64,000 nucleotides of DNA from assembly GCA_964019335.1 (NCBI GenBank), contig OZ025674.1, forward strand, positions 310,001 to 374,000, given 5' to 3'. This DNA is from Diplonema japonicum (Eukaryota > Protista > Euglenozoa: Diplonemea). Each line of letters begins with the position of its first letter. Position 1 is the first letter of the stretch. Under the pieces are notes generated by a model that was given only the letters and a program-made list of their open reading frames with translations, was not told the DNA's origin and made no database searches. Shown here in pieces: positions 48,407 to 58,712 of the stretch. A program made the translations under genes and the position numbers.

Positions 48407-49278
48407 TTGTTTCCTTGTTGTCCGACCGACACTGGAGATCCAATACCGGCAGTACAGGATCTCGGGTGACGCGGACCGGTTGAGGAAGCATGTTCAGAAG
48501 GCGGTCAACAACAAGCCAAGGGACACCAACGGGGATGCCGAGCATGATGCGATGAGCAGAATAAGGGTATATCCATCAAAAAAAAAGAAAAAAAAACCCA
48601 CACAAGATGCTCGTGTTTTGCAAGCGGTCGGAACTCCTTCACGCCTTCCAGGAGTGCGACGAGAAGAAGGTAGGAAAAGTACATGTCGAGGGATGGATAA
48701 AAGCAATGCAACGGTGCATCAACGAACAAGTCCCTTGGCGCATCATCAGAAGGAGCCTGACACCAATGGAAAGAGACGGCATGATCGCTTATGTACCCTT
48801 TTTACAGCGATACCAGAACCGGCTTCAACAGAAGTGGAGCATCGATTGGGCTGAGAAGATGATGCTGTACTTGGGTTGCCGAATGAGAAGATTTGTCGAA
48901 AACATAATCGCCATGAAGTCAGGTAAGGTTTTGTCATACTATGAGATGTGTGATAACCTAAGAACTTTCATCCCTGGGCTGGGCGAGTCTGCTTCGTATC
49001 ACATAGTAATCGCAATGGATTCTAATCGGGATGGCTTCATAGATGTGGATGAGTTTATTAAGGCTTTTAAGCTTACGGATGGGGAGGGTGCACGGCCGGA
49101 AGACGATTTTGGAAACGATAAATCGTGCATTATAGAGCTTTGGGAGATGTACTCCTTTGACCAGATTGCTTATTCGATGCTGAAGAGGGCGTTTTTGAAG
49201 CTTGCAGCCCAAAAGAAAATGGAGCGGAGTATTGACAACCTCCCGCAATCGAAAGAAGGTTGGACAGCTGTTGCATAA
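46477..49278 (+). CDS. PPEF: PPEF/rdgC-type Ser/Thr phosphatase with EF-hands; exons 46477-46608, 46647-48188, 48253-48342, 48405-48566, 48607-49278 (865 aa)
   Basis: MGQCC acylation-type start, N-terminal EF pair, IQ motif (ASRIQRFYRS). PPP motifs GDIHGQ, GDFVDRG, RGNHE, HGG, WSDP, RSHE and FSASNY; C-terminal EF-hands. Four phase-0 GT-AG introns restore the conserved motifs. Confidence 0.9.
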
Positions 49279-50430
49279 TTTCTTCTCCCCCCCCCCCCCC
49301 CCCCCACATACACATACACACAGATGGATTTACATCCATTCTTGTTTTTTTTTTGTTTGATCCCTCTCCCCACTTGTCGTGTATTATATCCCCGAGGGGT
49401 TTTATTGAGTGTTGTGCCTTGTGCTATTTTTTTTTTGTCGTTGGGCGTCTTCTTTTTTTTAAAAAGAAAAGGGGAGGGGGAACGCGAGGCAATCTTATAC
49501 GTGGCTGTGTTGTTGCCCCCCCTCCAAAAAAAAGATTATATATATATAATTCGGCCCATAACCCCCCCCCCCCCCTTTCTGTTTCCCCCTCTATTATATT
49601 TTTTTTATAGGGTCCTCAAGTGAGATTTTGCCTTTTAACAGCGCCTTTTATTGTCATCCTTTTCCCAAAGGTGTTTTTGTTTTGTTTTTGTTTTTTATTA
49701 CTGTAGGGGACGATGCTCTGGCGGTGAAGCAGATGAGAAGGAACCGCCTTGCGTGGAAGGTAGCAGGGAACGACCCCCAAAAGGCCACCGCGGTCTTCGT
49801 TTCCTATCATCGTGAATTTATTTGTTGTTTTCTCCTGGCGTAAAGGAACAAGTCTTTTTGACTTGTCCCAGGGGGGAAAAAAAAAAAAAAAGAGAGAGAG
49901 AGGAAAAAAAAAAAAAGAAACCGCGTTTCCTGTGTCATTCCTGACATTTCTTTTTTTTTTTTTTTCCCCGATTGTTTTTTTTTTTTCTTCTTCTCTCTCT
50001 TTTTTTTTTTTCCTCCCCCCCCGCCCCCCACTGTAAGACAAAAAGAATGGGTTGCACGAAATGGGGGATTTTTGTTGTGGGTGGACCACCGGATTTGGGA
50101 ATATTGTGCGAAAAATGATACTTTTTTTTTTTCCCCCGGGTATTTTGGAACTTGGGACTTTTTTTCACAGCGTAATAATCGCAAATCTGGAAATACAGGA
50201 GAGCCCGCTCTTACTTTTTTCTTTCTCCCTCCCCCCTCCCCGTTTCCTATCATAGTGAATTATATTTTCTTTTTTTCACAAGAACGAAGGTCCCCCCTCT
50301 TCTTTTTTTTTTTTTTTTTTTTTTTTTGCATTGAAGCCAATAGTGTTTCAACACGGGTAATATTTTCGCCCACGTGACATCATTTTGCCAGGGCTTTTTC
50401 TTTTTTCTTTTTTTTTTTTTTTTAAAGTAG

Positions 50431-50575
50431 TGTATTGTTCGCTGTTAACCTCCTCGTCGGTCTAGTGGAAGAACGCGTGGCAGATGCCCGGGGTGACGAA
50501 TGACGCGCGAACGCAAAACCTTGGTTACGCATTAAGGACACGACGCGGAATGCAGAAGAAGCTACAGCTCGGCCG
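50431..50575. repeat. Dispersed short repeat (SINE-like), copy 2
   Basis: Homologous to 26367-26548, lacking ~35 nt internally. Confidence 0.8.
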
Positions 50576-50982
50576 TTTATATAAATGTCGATTTTCTTCT
50601 TTATTTTTTTTTAATTATTCCCTAAACGCCTGAACCATGAAAAAACAACTCGGTGGGCATCAAAGGAAATCGCAACATACGAGACAGGCTCCGGGCATTT
50701 AGGGATTATTGGAAAAAAAAAAAAAAAAAAAAAAAGGTGGACTCCTAATGAGTAGACGATAATTTATATTGTCGGGGAAAAAAAAAAAGGAGGAACCCCC
50801 GGTCTTTTGAGACTAAACCGCGCTAGGATAGTTTTTTTCTTTTCTTTTTTTTTTTCTTCTTTTCTTCTTCTCTCTTCCCCCTCTCTTATTTCAATCTCAT
50901 AATATTCTGGCACACAGTAAAAAAAAAAAAAAAAAAAAAGAGGAGGGACGGGGGGGGAGGGGGCGGGCGGGGGGGAATAAAA

Positions 50983-51441
50983 ATGCTGTCGCCATGCTTG
51001 GGCAACACGATCCATGTGTCTGGTGAAGCCGACGATTTGATGTGGATGACCAACTCTAAGCTCGTCAAAGAATTTTCGATGTGTGGGCTGATCAAGGATA
51101 TAAGAATTAGGGTAGGGGGGAGGCCCTGCGCATTCGTTGAATTCCTGAGCCCGGAAGGAGCTGAGAACGCCATGCTTAAGAAAACAGAGCTGTCGGTGAG
51201 CCATGCAAGCAAGTCAGTGTCAACGCCGAACAAGCTCCGAGCTCTGAACGAAGGACAGCAGTACAACTTCAACCTTTCTTTGAAGAAGCTAAAGTCCAAA
51301 ATTGAAACCAGAGTTGCAACGGAGCAGCAAGGAGAAGAAGCTCGTGAGGAGGGTCCTCCCGTGCCCCTCTACATAAGATTGGGCAACAAACGGAAAAAGG
51401 CACCCGAACAACAAGAAGCCAAACGGAGCCGGTTGCATTAA
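50983..51441 (+). CDS. RRM-domain protein (152 aa)
   Basis: RNP2-like TIHVSG, FSMCGLIKDIRI and RNP1-like RPCAFVEF; basic NLS-like tail. Confidence 0.8.
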   Translation: MLSPCLGNTIHVSGEADDLMWMTNSKLVKEFSMCGLIKDIRIRVGGRPCAFVEFLSPEGAENAMLKKTELSVSHASKSVSTPNKLRALNEGQQYNFNLSLKKLKSKIETRVATEQQGEEAREEGPPVPLYIRLGNKRKKAPEQQEAKRSRLH

Positions 51442-51793
51442 GAAAAGAAGAAGAAGAAAAAAAAAAAAAAAAAACCAAATTTCCCTCTCCCCTCCCTTTC
51501 CCCCCTGTGAAATTCATCGGGTTTTGTTTCATAAGGTTTTTTTTTTTGTTGTTAGATTCTCTTTCAGGTGGGGGGGTTTTTTTTTTGTTTCCTCACTTAT
51601 TGTATGAGAGAAAAGAAGTGATTGTTGTGTTCTTTTTTTGGGGGGGTTTTTTTTATGGAGCAGTAAAACCTTTGGCCGGGTCTCGATGGGTAACAATATC
51701 CCCAAAGAATAAGGCAAAACCTTGGCTGGCTGTCATCAGGTCGAGGTTCCTCCTCCCCCCCTTTTTTTCCCCCTCTGTGTAGTGTTAAGCCCC

Positions 51794-52345
51794 ATGTGGC
51801 GTGAGGAAGGGGGAGAGACAGAGCTGGCAACGGAGCTTACAGAGGCACGCACGCTTCTAGCGTCCGTTACGGGATGGAAAAAAAAAAAGATTCCTGCTTC
51901 TGCAACTTGCAACTTTGACCCCCCTCCCCCAGAATCATTTGTTAAAACAAAAAGAATCCTTCCCCTTCACTCTTGTTTTTTTTTTTTTTTTTTTTTTTTT
52001 AGCTCCGTGCGAAATAAACCTTTTGCCTTTTTTTTATTTTATAGACAAAATACTCTCCAACCTATCTGGGACGTTTTTATGAAGTCCATTAAAAAGAGAG
52101 TCGTTTCGCCTGACGGGCTGTGTGACACAACTCCTTGTATTCCTAGCGAGGATGTTGCAGAACTGCAGCGCTCTCACTCTTACTTTTTTGGGGGGTTAAA
52201 CTCACAAGCCGCAGAATTCCCTGCTCCGCCAGCGGCCAACAAGTTCCACCATCGTATTCACGAAGGGTGTAGGCAACCGGGGAATCAATTTGTTTGTTTT
52301 CCAGCGAGCGGTCGGGAGGCTCAGTTCACCTCTTTTTTTTTTTAA
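51794..52345 (+). CDS. Possible hypothetical protein, probably intron-containing
   Basis: Two coding-like blocks (51794-~51940 and ~52045-52330) in one open frame, separated by a T-rich segment ending in TTTTATAG; structure unresolved. Confidence 0.3.
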   Translation: MWREEGGETELATELTEARTLLASVTGWKKKKIPASATCNFDPPPPESFVKTKRILPLHSCFFFFFFFFSSVRNKPFAFFLFYRQNTLQPIWDVFMKSIKKRVVSPDGLCDTTPCIPSEDVAELQRSHSYFFGGLNSQAAEFPAPPAANKFHHRIHEGCRQPGNQFVCFPASGREAQFTSFFF

Positions 52346-52474
52346 ATGTCTGTTTTTTTATGGGGGGGGGAACATTTGCGGAATTCTTTTTTTTCCCGTT
52401 GTTTTTGTTTGGCACTCGAACGAAGGGGGGGGAAAAGAAAAGGGCGACCCATGACTCGTTTTTTTTTTTTTTTT

Positions 52475-54175
52475 GAACCCGAACGGAGGTCGCGGTACCC
52501 TACAAGACGGTGACAGACCTCTGCGGACTGGGGGTGAAGATCAACACACGCAGGACAGGAACGACGTGGAACAAACCGACCACGGGGGCGCTTGGCTCGC
52601 TGGACCGACTGGGGGGCACAAGGATTGCTTTCGAAACCAGAGCACACTTGGTCAGCACGACGGTCCTGCCATCTTGCCTATACAGTGGGCCGTTCTCCCC
52701 TCCATGTGATGAGGCACTCAAGAAGCTAACGACGAAGATCACTTGTAACCTGTGGGGCCCTCATCACCGTGGACGGTCGCCCACCGCGGTAAACACAGTC
52801 CTGCTGAAGGGGCACACCAATGACCCCCTTTCCTACGTAATGTACCACTCCCTGAAGGTAGTATCCGGAGCACTCGATGACAGTCGGCTACGGCAGAGAT
52901 GCATACAGATCGCTGCGGGGTATGACGCGGGTTCCATCCCGATGGGGCCGGTTGGCAACCTGGTCTGCCGGTGGCTTCCCCGAATAGGATGGAGTTGGGC
53001 GCAGCTGCTAGGTTGCAACACATCTTGGGCCGAACGCGGACACATCTTTAGAGAGGTGGTGAGGAAGGCCCGAAGTAGGACGCTGGCGGTCGAGAGGAGC
53101 ACGATAAGCGGGATAGAGCCGGGGGCGGACCCCAAGACGAACCGACTATGGAGGACGGCCAAGGACCCGTTCATGTCCTACAGCCTGAGACGAGTGATCG
53201 CAGGAGGGGTTCCCTACCTAAACCCGCACGCAAATGCGAAGCGAAAGAGCGTCCCACTGGCGCCTGAAGGTGACGACAACGGTGACGACGAGGAGAACAT
53301 GGGCCAGGCACCAACGACGGAGGTATCGCACACGCAAGTCTCCACACCCGGACACGAAAAATGACCTTACTCCGCCATCAGCTGTATGAGTGCGCCTGTG
53401 CACAAGAGGAACTGGCACTAGACGGAAGAGCCGTTGCGCAACAGATCAGGATGGCCCCTATGTCTGGAGCTGCACGCGATACTGCCGAGGGGGCATGTCT
53501 TCGCACACCTGGAGAAGCTGCAGCGATACATGGCTGTGGTGGTCGGGAAACGGGATGTGGAGCTCATGCAAATAGACAACGCCAGCACACAGCCGCTGCC
53601 GTGGGTACGCGATGTGGAGGGAAGGAGATGCCTCGTGCCGACGGCGGGGGAGCTCGAAGGAGTGGGAGGAATCGTCGCAGAATTCTTGAACCCGCTGCTG
53701 CAGTGGTTGTCACAGCTACGATGGGTGAAGGAGGACACCAGCTCTGAAGTGTCAGCGGTGGAATTGGCCATCGACTTCGAATGGACGACAGGCTAGTTAC
53801 TGGGAGGTCTGCTGGAAGATAGGGCTCGCAAGATCAAAGCACTGATAAGAAAGCTGAACGCGGCATGCAGAGCACGGAAGAAGCCACGCCCCTTCCCGGC
53901 GGATGAACAGAAGAGAGTGAAGTCCCTCATCGCAATAGGTGGGAAAACGACTATGGGTTTCGCCAGGAGGCCCATCTTCGCCACCCACTCCACGCACGAC
54001 AAGCTGATGGAACTGAAAGCCGCTTACAAGCGAGACCGCATCACGCGACTCCGCAAGACGCTCAAGGCCTCGATTGGAACGAAAGCAATGCTCCAGAAGG
54101 GGAGTATAAATAGATAGCCCCCCCCAACCCACCCAAGGGCGGCCCTCCATGAGGGGGTTTGTCCTGCACTTTGAG
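52475..54175 (+). mobile_element. 5'-truncated, frameshifted non-LTR retrotransposon (T-tract family, subfamily 1)
   Basis: RT C-terminal motifs (CGLGVKIN resembling YLGV; RAHLVSTTVLPSCLYSG thumb), zinc-knuckle remnant HQLYEC, and C-terminal domain WLSQLRW...VSAVELAIDFEWTTG...QKGSINR*. 58-nt 3' UTR; T16 upstream and T18 downstream. Confidence 0.85.
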
Positions 54176-54654
54176 TTTTTTTTTTTTTTTTTTATTCTCA
54201 CAAAAATAAGACAGCCGTCTCAACAAAAGAGGATTTTTTTTTCTCCTACAAGTGCATTTACATAGACATCCCCGAAAATAGTGAATCACCTGAAACCCAG
54301 GCCCTATGGGGGTAGCTGTAAACGTATTTTACACGAAGCTTCTTAAGGCTAGTGGAGAAGTTCTGCGACAGTCCGAAAACTGGTGTACAAAAAAAAAGTG
54401 TATACTTCGCGCCGCAACATTCCTTCCCTCCCACCACCCCTTTCTAACGTTGGTTTTTTTTTTTTTTATATTGTTTGTTGATCAACCATCTTTCCCTTTC
54501 CTTCGTTCAAAAAAAAGAAAAAAAAAATGTGGCGTGTTTTTATAATAGCAATTTATACCAGTATCGATGGGCATGAGTACACACACACACACCCTAACAG
54601 GTTCATCTATATTTGAAGAAAGGGGAAAAAGAAAAAAAAAAAGAAAAAAAAAGA

Positions 54655-55215
54655 ATGCGTACCATTAAGTCAGAGAGCAGTCTTAACATCCCAGAGGGGG
54701 TCAGCGTGAAGATAACAAACAGGGAGGTGACGGTGGAGGGGCCAAGGGGTGTGCTGAAGAAGGCGTTCAAGCACGCACCCATTGACTTGAAGGTGAACGG
54801 GGATGTGGTGGAGGCGGACATGTGGTTCGGGAAGAAGTTGCAGGTCTCCACCATCAAGTCGGTGCTGAGCCATATCAGGAACATGTGTACTGGCGTTACA
54901 AAGGGTTACAGATACAAAATGAGGTTTGCTTACGCGCATTTCCCCGTTGGTGTGTCTGTTGATGAGGGCGAGATCATCATCCGCAACTTCTTGGGGGAGA
55001 AGCGTGTCCGCAAGGTGTCCCTTGCCGGCCCCCTTAAGGCCTACCGCACGGAGACCAGCGTTATGAAGGATGAGCTTGTCATTGAAGGAAATGACATTTC
55101 CGAGGTTTCCCAGACTGCAGCTGCCGTGCACGGTGCCACCCTCGTGAAGCGCAAGGATATCCGTAAATTCTTGGACGGTATCTACGTCTCTACTAAAACA
55201 ACTATTGAGGCGTGA
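54655..55215 (+). CDS. RPL9: 60S ribosomal protein L9 (uL6)
   Basis: IPEGVSV...VEGPRGVL, GVTKGYRYKMRFAYAHFP, IRNFLGEKRVR and KDIRKFLDGIYVS. Confidence 0.98.
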   Translation: MRTIKSESSLNIPEGVSVKITNREVTVEGPRGVLKKAFKHAPIDLKVNGDVVEADMWFGKKLQVSTIKSVLSHIRNMCTGVTKGYRYKMRFAYAHFPVGVSVDEGEIIIRNFLGEKRVRKVSLAGPLKAYRTETSVMKDELVIEGNDISEVSQTAAAVHGATLVKRKDIRKFLDGIYVSTKTTIEA

Positions 55216-55951
55216 TTTCTTTTTTTTTTTTTTTCTTTTCTTTTTTTTCTAAATTGCGACCCCCCCCCTTTTTTTTTCCCCCAACCCCCCGATATCAGCG
55301 AACTTTTTATTTTTTTTATATTTTATTTTTTTTTTTCTTCTTGTGTTTGAGAAAAACCTCTGAATATGGCGTATGCCCCCTTTTTTTTTGATAAAAAAAA
55401 AAAAAGATTTCCACAGTTTGCCTCATATCTTTAAGCCCATTTTTATTTTTCTAAATCCACAGTTTGCCCTATTTGTGTGATGCAGTTGTGAAGGCGGTCA
55501 ACACTAATGATGGCTGCAAAAAGAGAAACGGAATCAGTTTTGGCCATGGGGGTTGACCTAAGTTATCTGTGTCAGGGGCTTGGGCCGGGGTACTTGTTTG
55601 GCTTCGGTGCAGCGCCGCTTCACCACCTATTTTAGCTTCCCCGTTCCCCACGAGCCGAAACTTATCACAGTATAAACAAAGGTCTAACAAAAGACTTGTG
55701 CGTAAAGCAAAACTGTAGATTTGGAAAAAAAAAAAGGGGGGGAGGGATTAAAAAAAGCATCGCCCCCATTCAGAGGTTTTTTTTTTCCAGATTTTTTTTT
55801 TGGGGGAGGAAGGGAGGGGAAAAAAAAAAAAAAAACCCCTTGCAGGTGTGGGTGTGTTTACACTTTGGGATTTTTTTTTTGGAGGGGGTGCCTTTAGTTT
55901 TTTTTTCTTTCTTTTTTTTTGACTTCTTTTTTCTTTTTACACTGAATAAAA

Positions 55952-57367
55952 ATGCGGACGATCAATGTGAGCAGCATTGTGAAGGTTTTCGTCACGCGTG
56001 CGGACACCTTTGTCACGTCGTGGGCCGTGCGATACCTCTTAGAGGAGGGGTTCACAGTGGTGGTGGCGGCAACTGGGGACTCTGCAAAGCTCATAGAAGA
56101 GCTCAGGGACAAGCATGAAGGCCGTGCGACAGTAGTGGGGATAGACCTGCTGAAGGACGACGTGATCCTCTTTGACGAGGCAGTGGCAGGGTGCGAGTAC
56201 ATGGTGCACGATGTAGGGGACACCGAGGCATCCCTGCCCCTCATGCGCAAGGTGCTCGACGCATGCGCCACCACACCATCCATGAAGAGGCTCGTACTTA
56301 ACTGTTCCCACAAAGTCCTTTTTTCCTCTCTTTCGGAAAAGGAGGATCACTGGGTGTACGGTGAAGCCGACATGCCTGCCTCCACCTCCTACGAGTCTGA
56401 AGCCGAGCAGTTCGCCTGGCAGCGGTGGAGGGAACTCGGGATGGCAAACCCCAAGCAAGAACAACCCCGAAGCGTGACACTCATCAACACAACAGTTGTC
56501 AAACAAGATCCTTCAGAAAGCCTTGGTGCTAATTTTAATGACCTCACTCTTGTCGGCGTGACAGAAGGCACTGTAGGGCACAGTGCAGGGCTGCAAGAGT
56601 ACGTAGGGTGTGCCATTGTTGCAGCAGGCGGGCGTCCTATTACAAATTTTTCGGAGCTTGCTGCCTACGCCTCGACGAACACGCACCTCGATCTCACCTT
56701 TGAGCAGTTTCAAGATGAGCTTGCTGTCAATACGCTCAACCCGCACCTCAAACCACGCAAACCTGCAGCACATCCCTATGAGGGCCCCCGTCCTCACTTC
56801 GGGTTGACCTCCGTGGTGTCGCCGCACCCTGTAGGCCCCCCCGTCAGCAGCAAGGCACCTCTCAACGATGTGATGGACACCATTAGGAAGGTGCTCTGCG
56901 GTGGGATGCAGACACCCCGTGTGGGGATCAACATAGTCGACGTGCGTGACATCGCGAAGACCTTCATGCTGACCATCCTGCACGAGGTTGCTGAGGGCAG
57001 GCGGTACATCGTTTCGAACCAATCCGTGTGGCTCCCGCACCTCATGGAGCTTGTGCTGCAGGACGTCAACAGGTTCTGCGGGAACGTGATCCTACCCACG
57101 CCGTGGTGGTCTCTTCCAACAAACCCCATGGCATGCCTCAAGCGTATGCGGTACGCCTCCCTCCCTGCCTCCCTGCTGCCCTTTAAGCGCACGCTTCCCT
57201 TCTTTTCGAACGACCTTGTGCGTACGGAGCTGGGCGTCACCGTCACCTCCCTCAGCGACATCATCGCCGACATGGTACTGGGCCTTGTCCTGCATGGCTT
57301 CGTCGAGGACACGTCGGGGCCACCGCCCGTCGAGGAGGAGGAGGATTACTACTACTACTTTAGTTAA
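55952..57367 (+). CDS. Degenerate extended SDR (cinnamoyl-CoA/dihydroflavonol-reductase-like) with an inserted PDZ-like domain
   Basis: VFVTRADTFVTSWAVRYLLEEGFTV, FDEAVAGCEYMVH, MKRLVLNCS, AEQFAW, VGPP, IVDVRDIA and AEGRRYIVS. A ~120-aa insert contains ESLGANFNDLTLVGV...AGL..YVGCAIVAAGGRPI. Confidence 0.8.
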   Translation: MRTINVSSIVKVFVTRADTFVTSWAVRYLLEEGFTVVVAATGDSAKLIEELRDKHEGRATVVGIDLLKDDVILFDEAVAGCEYMVHDVGDTEASLPLMRKVLDACATTPSMKRLVLNCSHKVLFSSLSEKEDHWVYGEADMPASTSYESEAEQFAWQRWRELGMANPKQEQPRSVTLINTTVVKQDPSESLGANFNDLTLVGVTEGTVGHSAGLQEYVGCAIVAAGGRPITNFSELAAYASTNTHLDLTFEQFQDELAVNTLNPHLKPRKPAAHPYEGPRPHFGLTSVVSPHPVGPPVSSKAPLNDVMDTIRKVLCGGMQTPRVGINIVDVRDIAKTFMLTILHEVAEGRRYIVSNQSVWLPHLMELVLQDVNRFCGNVILPTPWWSLPTNPMACLKRMRYASLPASLLPFKRTLPFFSNDLVRTELGVTVTSLSDIIADMVLGLVLHGFVEDTSGPPPVEEEEDYYYYFS

Positions 57368-57493
57368 ACACGTTTTTTTTTTTTCTTTTTTTTTTTTAAG
57401 GAGTTTTTTATTTTCTCCCCCCCCCTTCCTCTTTTCTTTCTTTCCATTTACGTTATTACCAAAGGTTTTTTCACACATTAAAAAGAAAAATAA

Positions 57494-58408
57494 ATGTCGG
57501 GTCCGTCAAGAACTGTGAATGGGTGGTACGCAGCACAGGTGAAGAGAATGTCGCCTGGGGAGGCAGAGGAGCGACGGAACATGATGAAGCGGAGGCAAGA
57601 GGCGGTGGAGATGAAGTGCAAGGCAAAGAAGATGCGAACAAGGGCGGCGAAGACCAGCGCAGGGATGAAGGGAGCACTGCAACAAATGCAACAAACACCC
57701 AGTGGGGGGGGCTTTGGGGGGTACGCCTCTGTAGTCAACGACGTGCAAAGATGCTGGGGGGCAGCCGAGGCCTACGACGAAAAAGAAAAAGTCGAATCAG
57801 ACTACGCCCTGTGCAAAGAGGGTGAGTCTGAAGACGCTGCTGTCGAGCGCGAAGAAGGAGAGGAAGGCCGCAAAAGTTTCGAGAAGCTTCTGTCAGACCT
57901 TCTTGTCGAACCTTCCAATGACGCTGAAGTGGCGGCAAAGTTCCAGTTATACGAAGCTTATCTTGCCACAGTAGAGAAGCTGAGGAAGGACCTGTTCGAA
58001 TTCTGGGAAGAGTGCAAACATGTCATCCCCGACGGCCCTGTAAAAACTGGCATCGTAAAGCAACAGATTGCAATAGACGACACGCAAAATACCGGCCTCC
58101 CCGACTTCGATCCGCGCAGGTGGTTTGTCTACGACATGACCCGCAAGGCCCAGCAGAACAACAGCATGCTCTCCCAGCTCCTTCGGTCTATTGAGGTAAA
58201 GCTCTCACTTATTAACGATACGGAGGATCAGGACTGCCCGTTCTGCCTTGAGATGCTTGACGACTCGCATCCTTCACAGGTGCTCTCCTGTTGCCATCGT
58301 GTTGGAGTCGAATGCTGGAAGGCATGGGTCGCTACTAGGGGTAGTTCCGTGACGTGCCCTGTTTGCCGCAACTCGGAGTTTTTGACCTATCTGGAGGATA
58401 ACCAGTGA
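57494..58408 (+). CDS. C-terminal RING-finger protein (304 aa)
   Basis: Helical N-terminal part followed by CPFCLE...LSCCHRVGVECW..W...CPVCR. Confidence 0.85.
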   Translation: MSGPSRTVNGWYAAQVKRMSPGEAEERRNMMKRRQEAVEMKCKAKKMRTRAAKTSAGMKGALQQMQQTPSGGGFGGYASVVNDVQRCWGAAEAYDEKEKVESDYALCKEGESEDAAVEREEGEEGRKSFEKLLSDLLVEPSNDAEVAAKFQLYEAYLATVEKLRKDLFEFWEECKHVIPDGPVKTGIVKQQIAIDDTQNTGLPDFDPRRWFVYDMTRKAQQNNSMLSQLLRSIEVKLSLINDTEDQDCPFCLEMLDDSHPSQVLSCCHRVGVECWKAWVATRGSSVTCPVCRNSEFLTYLEDNQ

Positions 58409-58444
58409 TATGGGCAGCTCTTTCATCTATGACACTCGGAAAAT

Positions 58445-58489
<45 letters not shown>

Positions 58490-58712
58490 ATAGAGGAAAG
58501 AAAACTAATTCACACAGCGTAATAACGAAGGGAAAAAAAAAAAGAAGAAAAAAAAAAGAAAGAAAAAAAGTAACATTCCCCCTATCCTCTCCTTTCTTTT
58601 TATTTTTTTTTCCGCTTTTTTGTTGCGCTGTGTTTTCTTCCCTTCTTTTTTTTTTTTCTTGCTATACCCTTCCTCACTCCTTTTTTTTTTTTTTTTTGAG
58701 AAAAACACCGTT

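Noticed and set aside
49279-50380. Additional PPEF micro-exons (e.g. GDDALAVKQMRRNRLAWK at ~49707)
   Set aside because: I could not build a phase-consistent chain with recognisable homology, so I treated it as UTR or intergenic pending RNA-seq.
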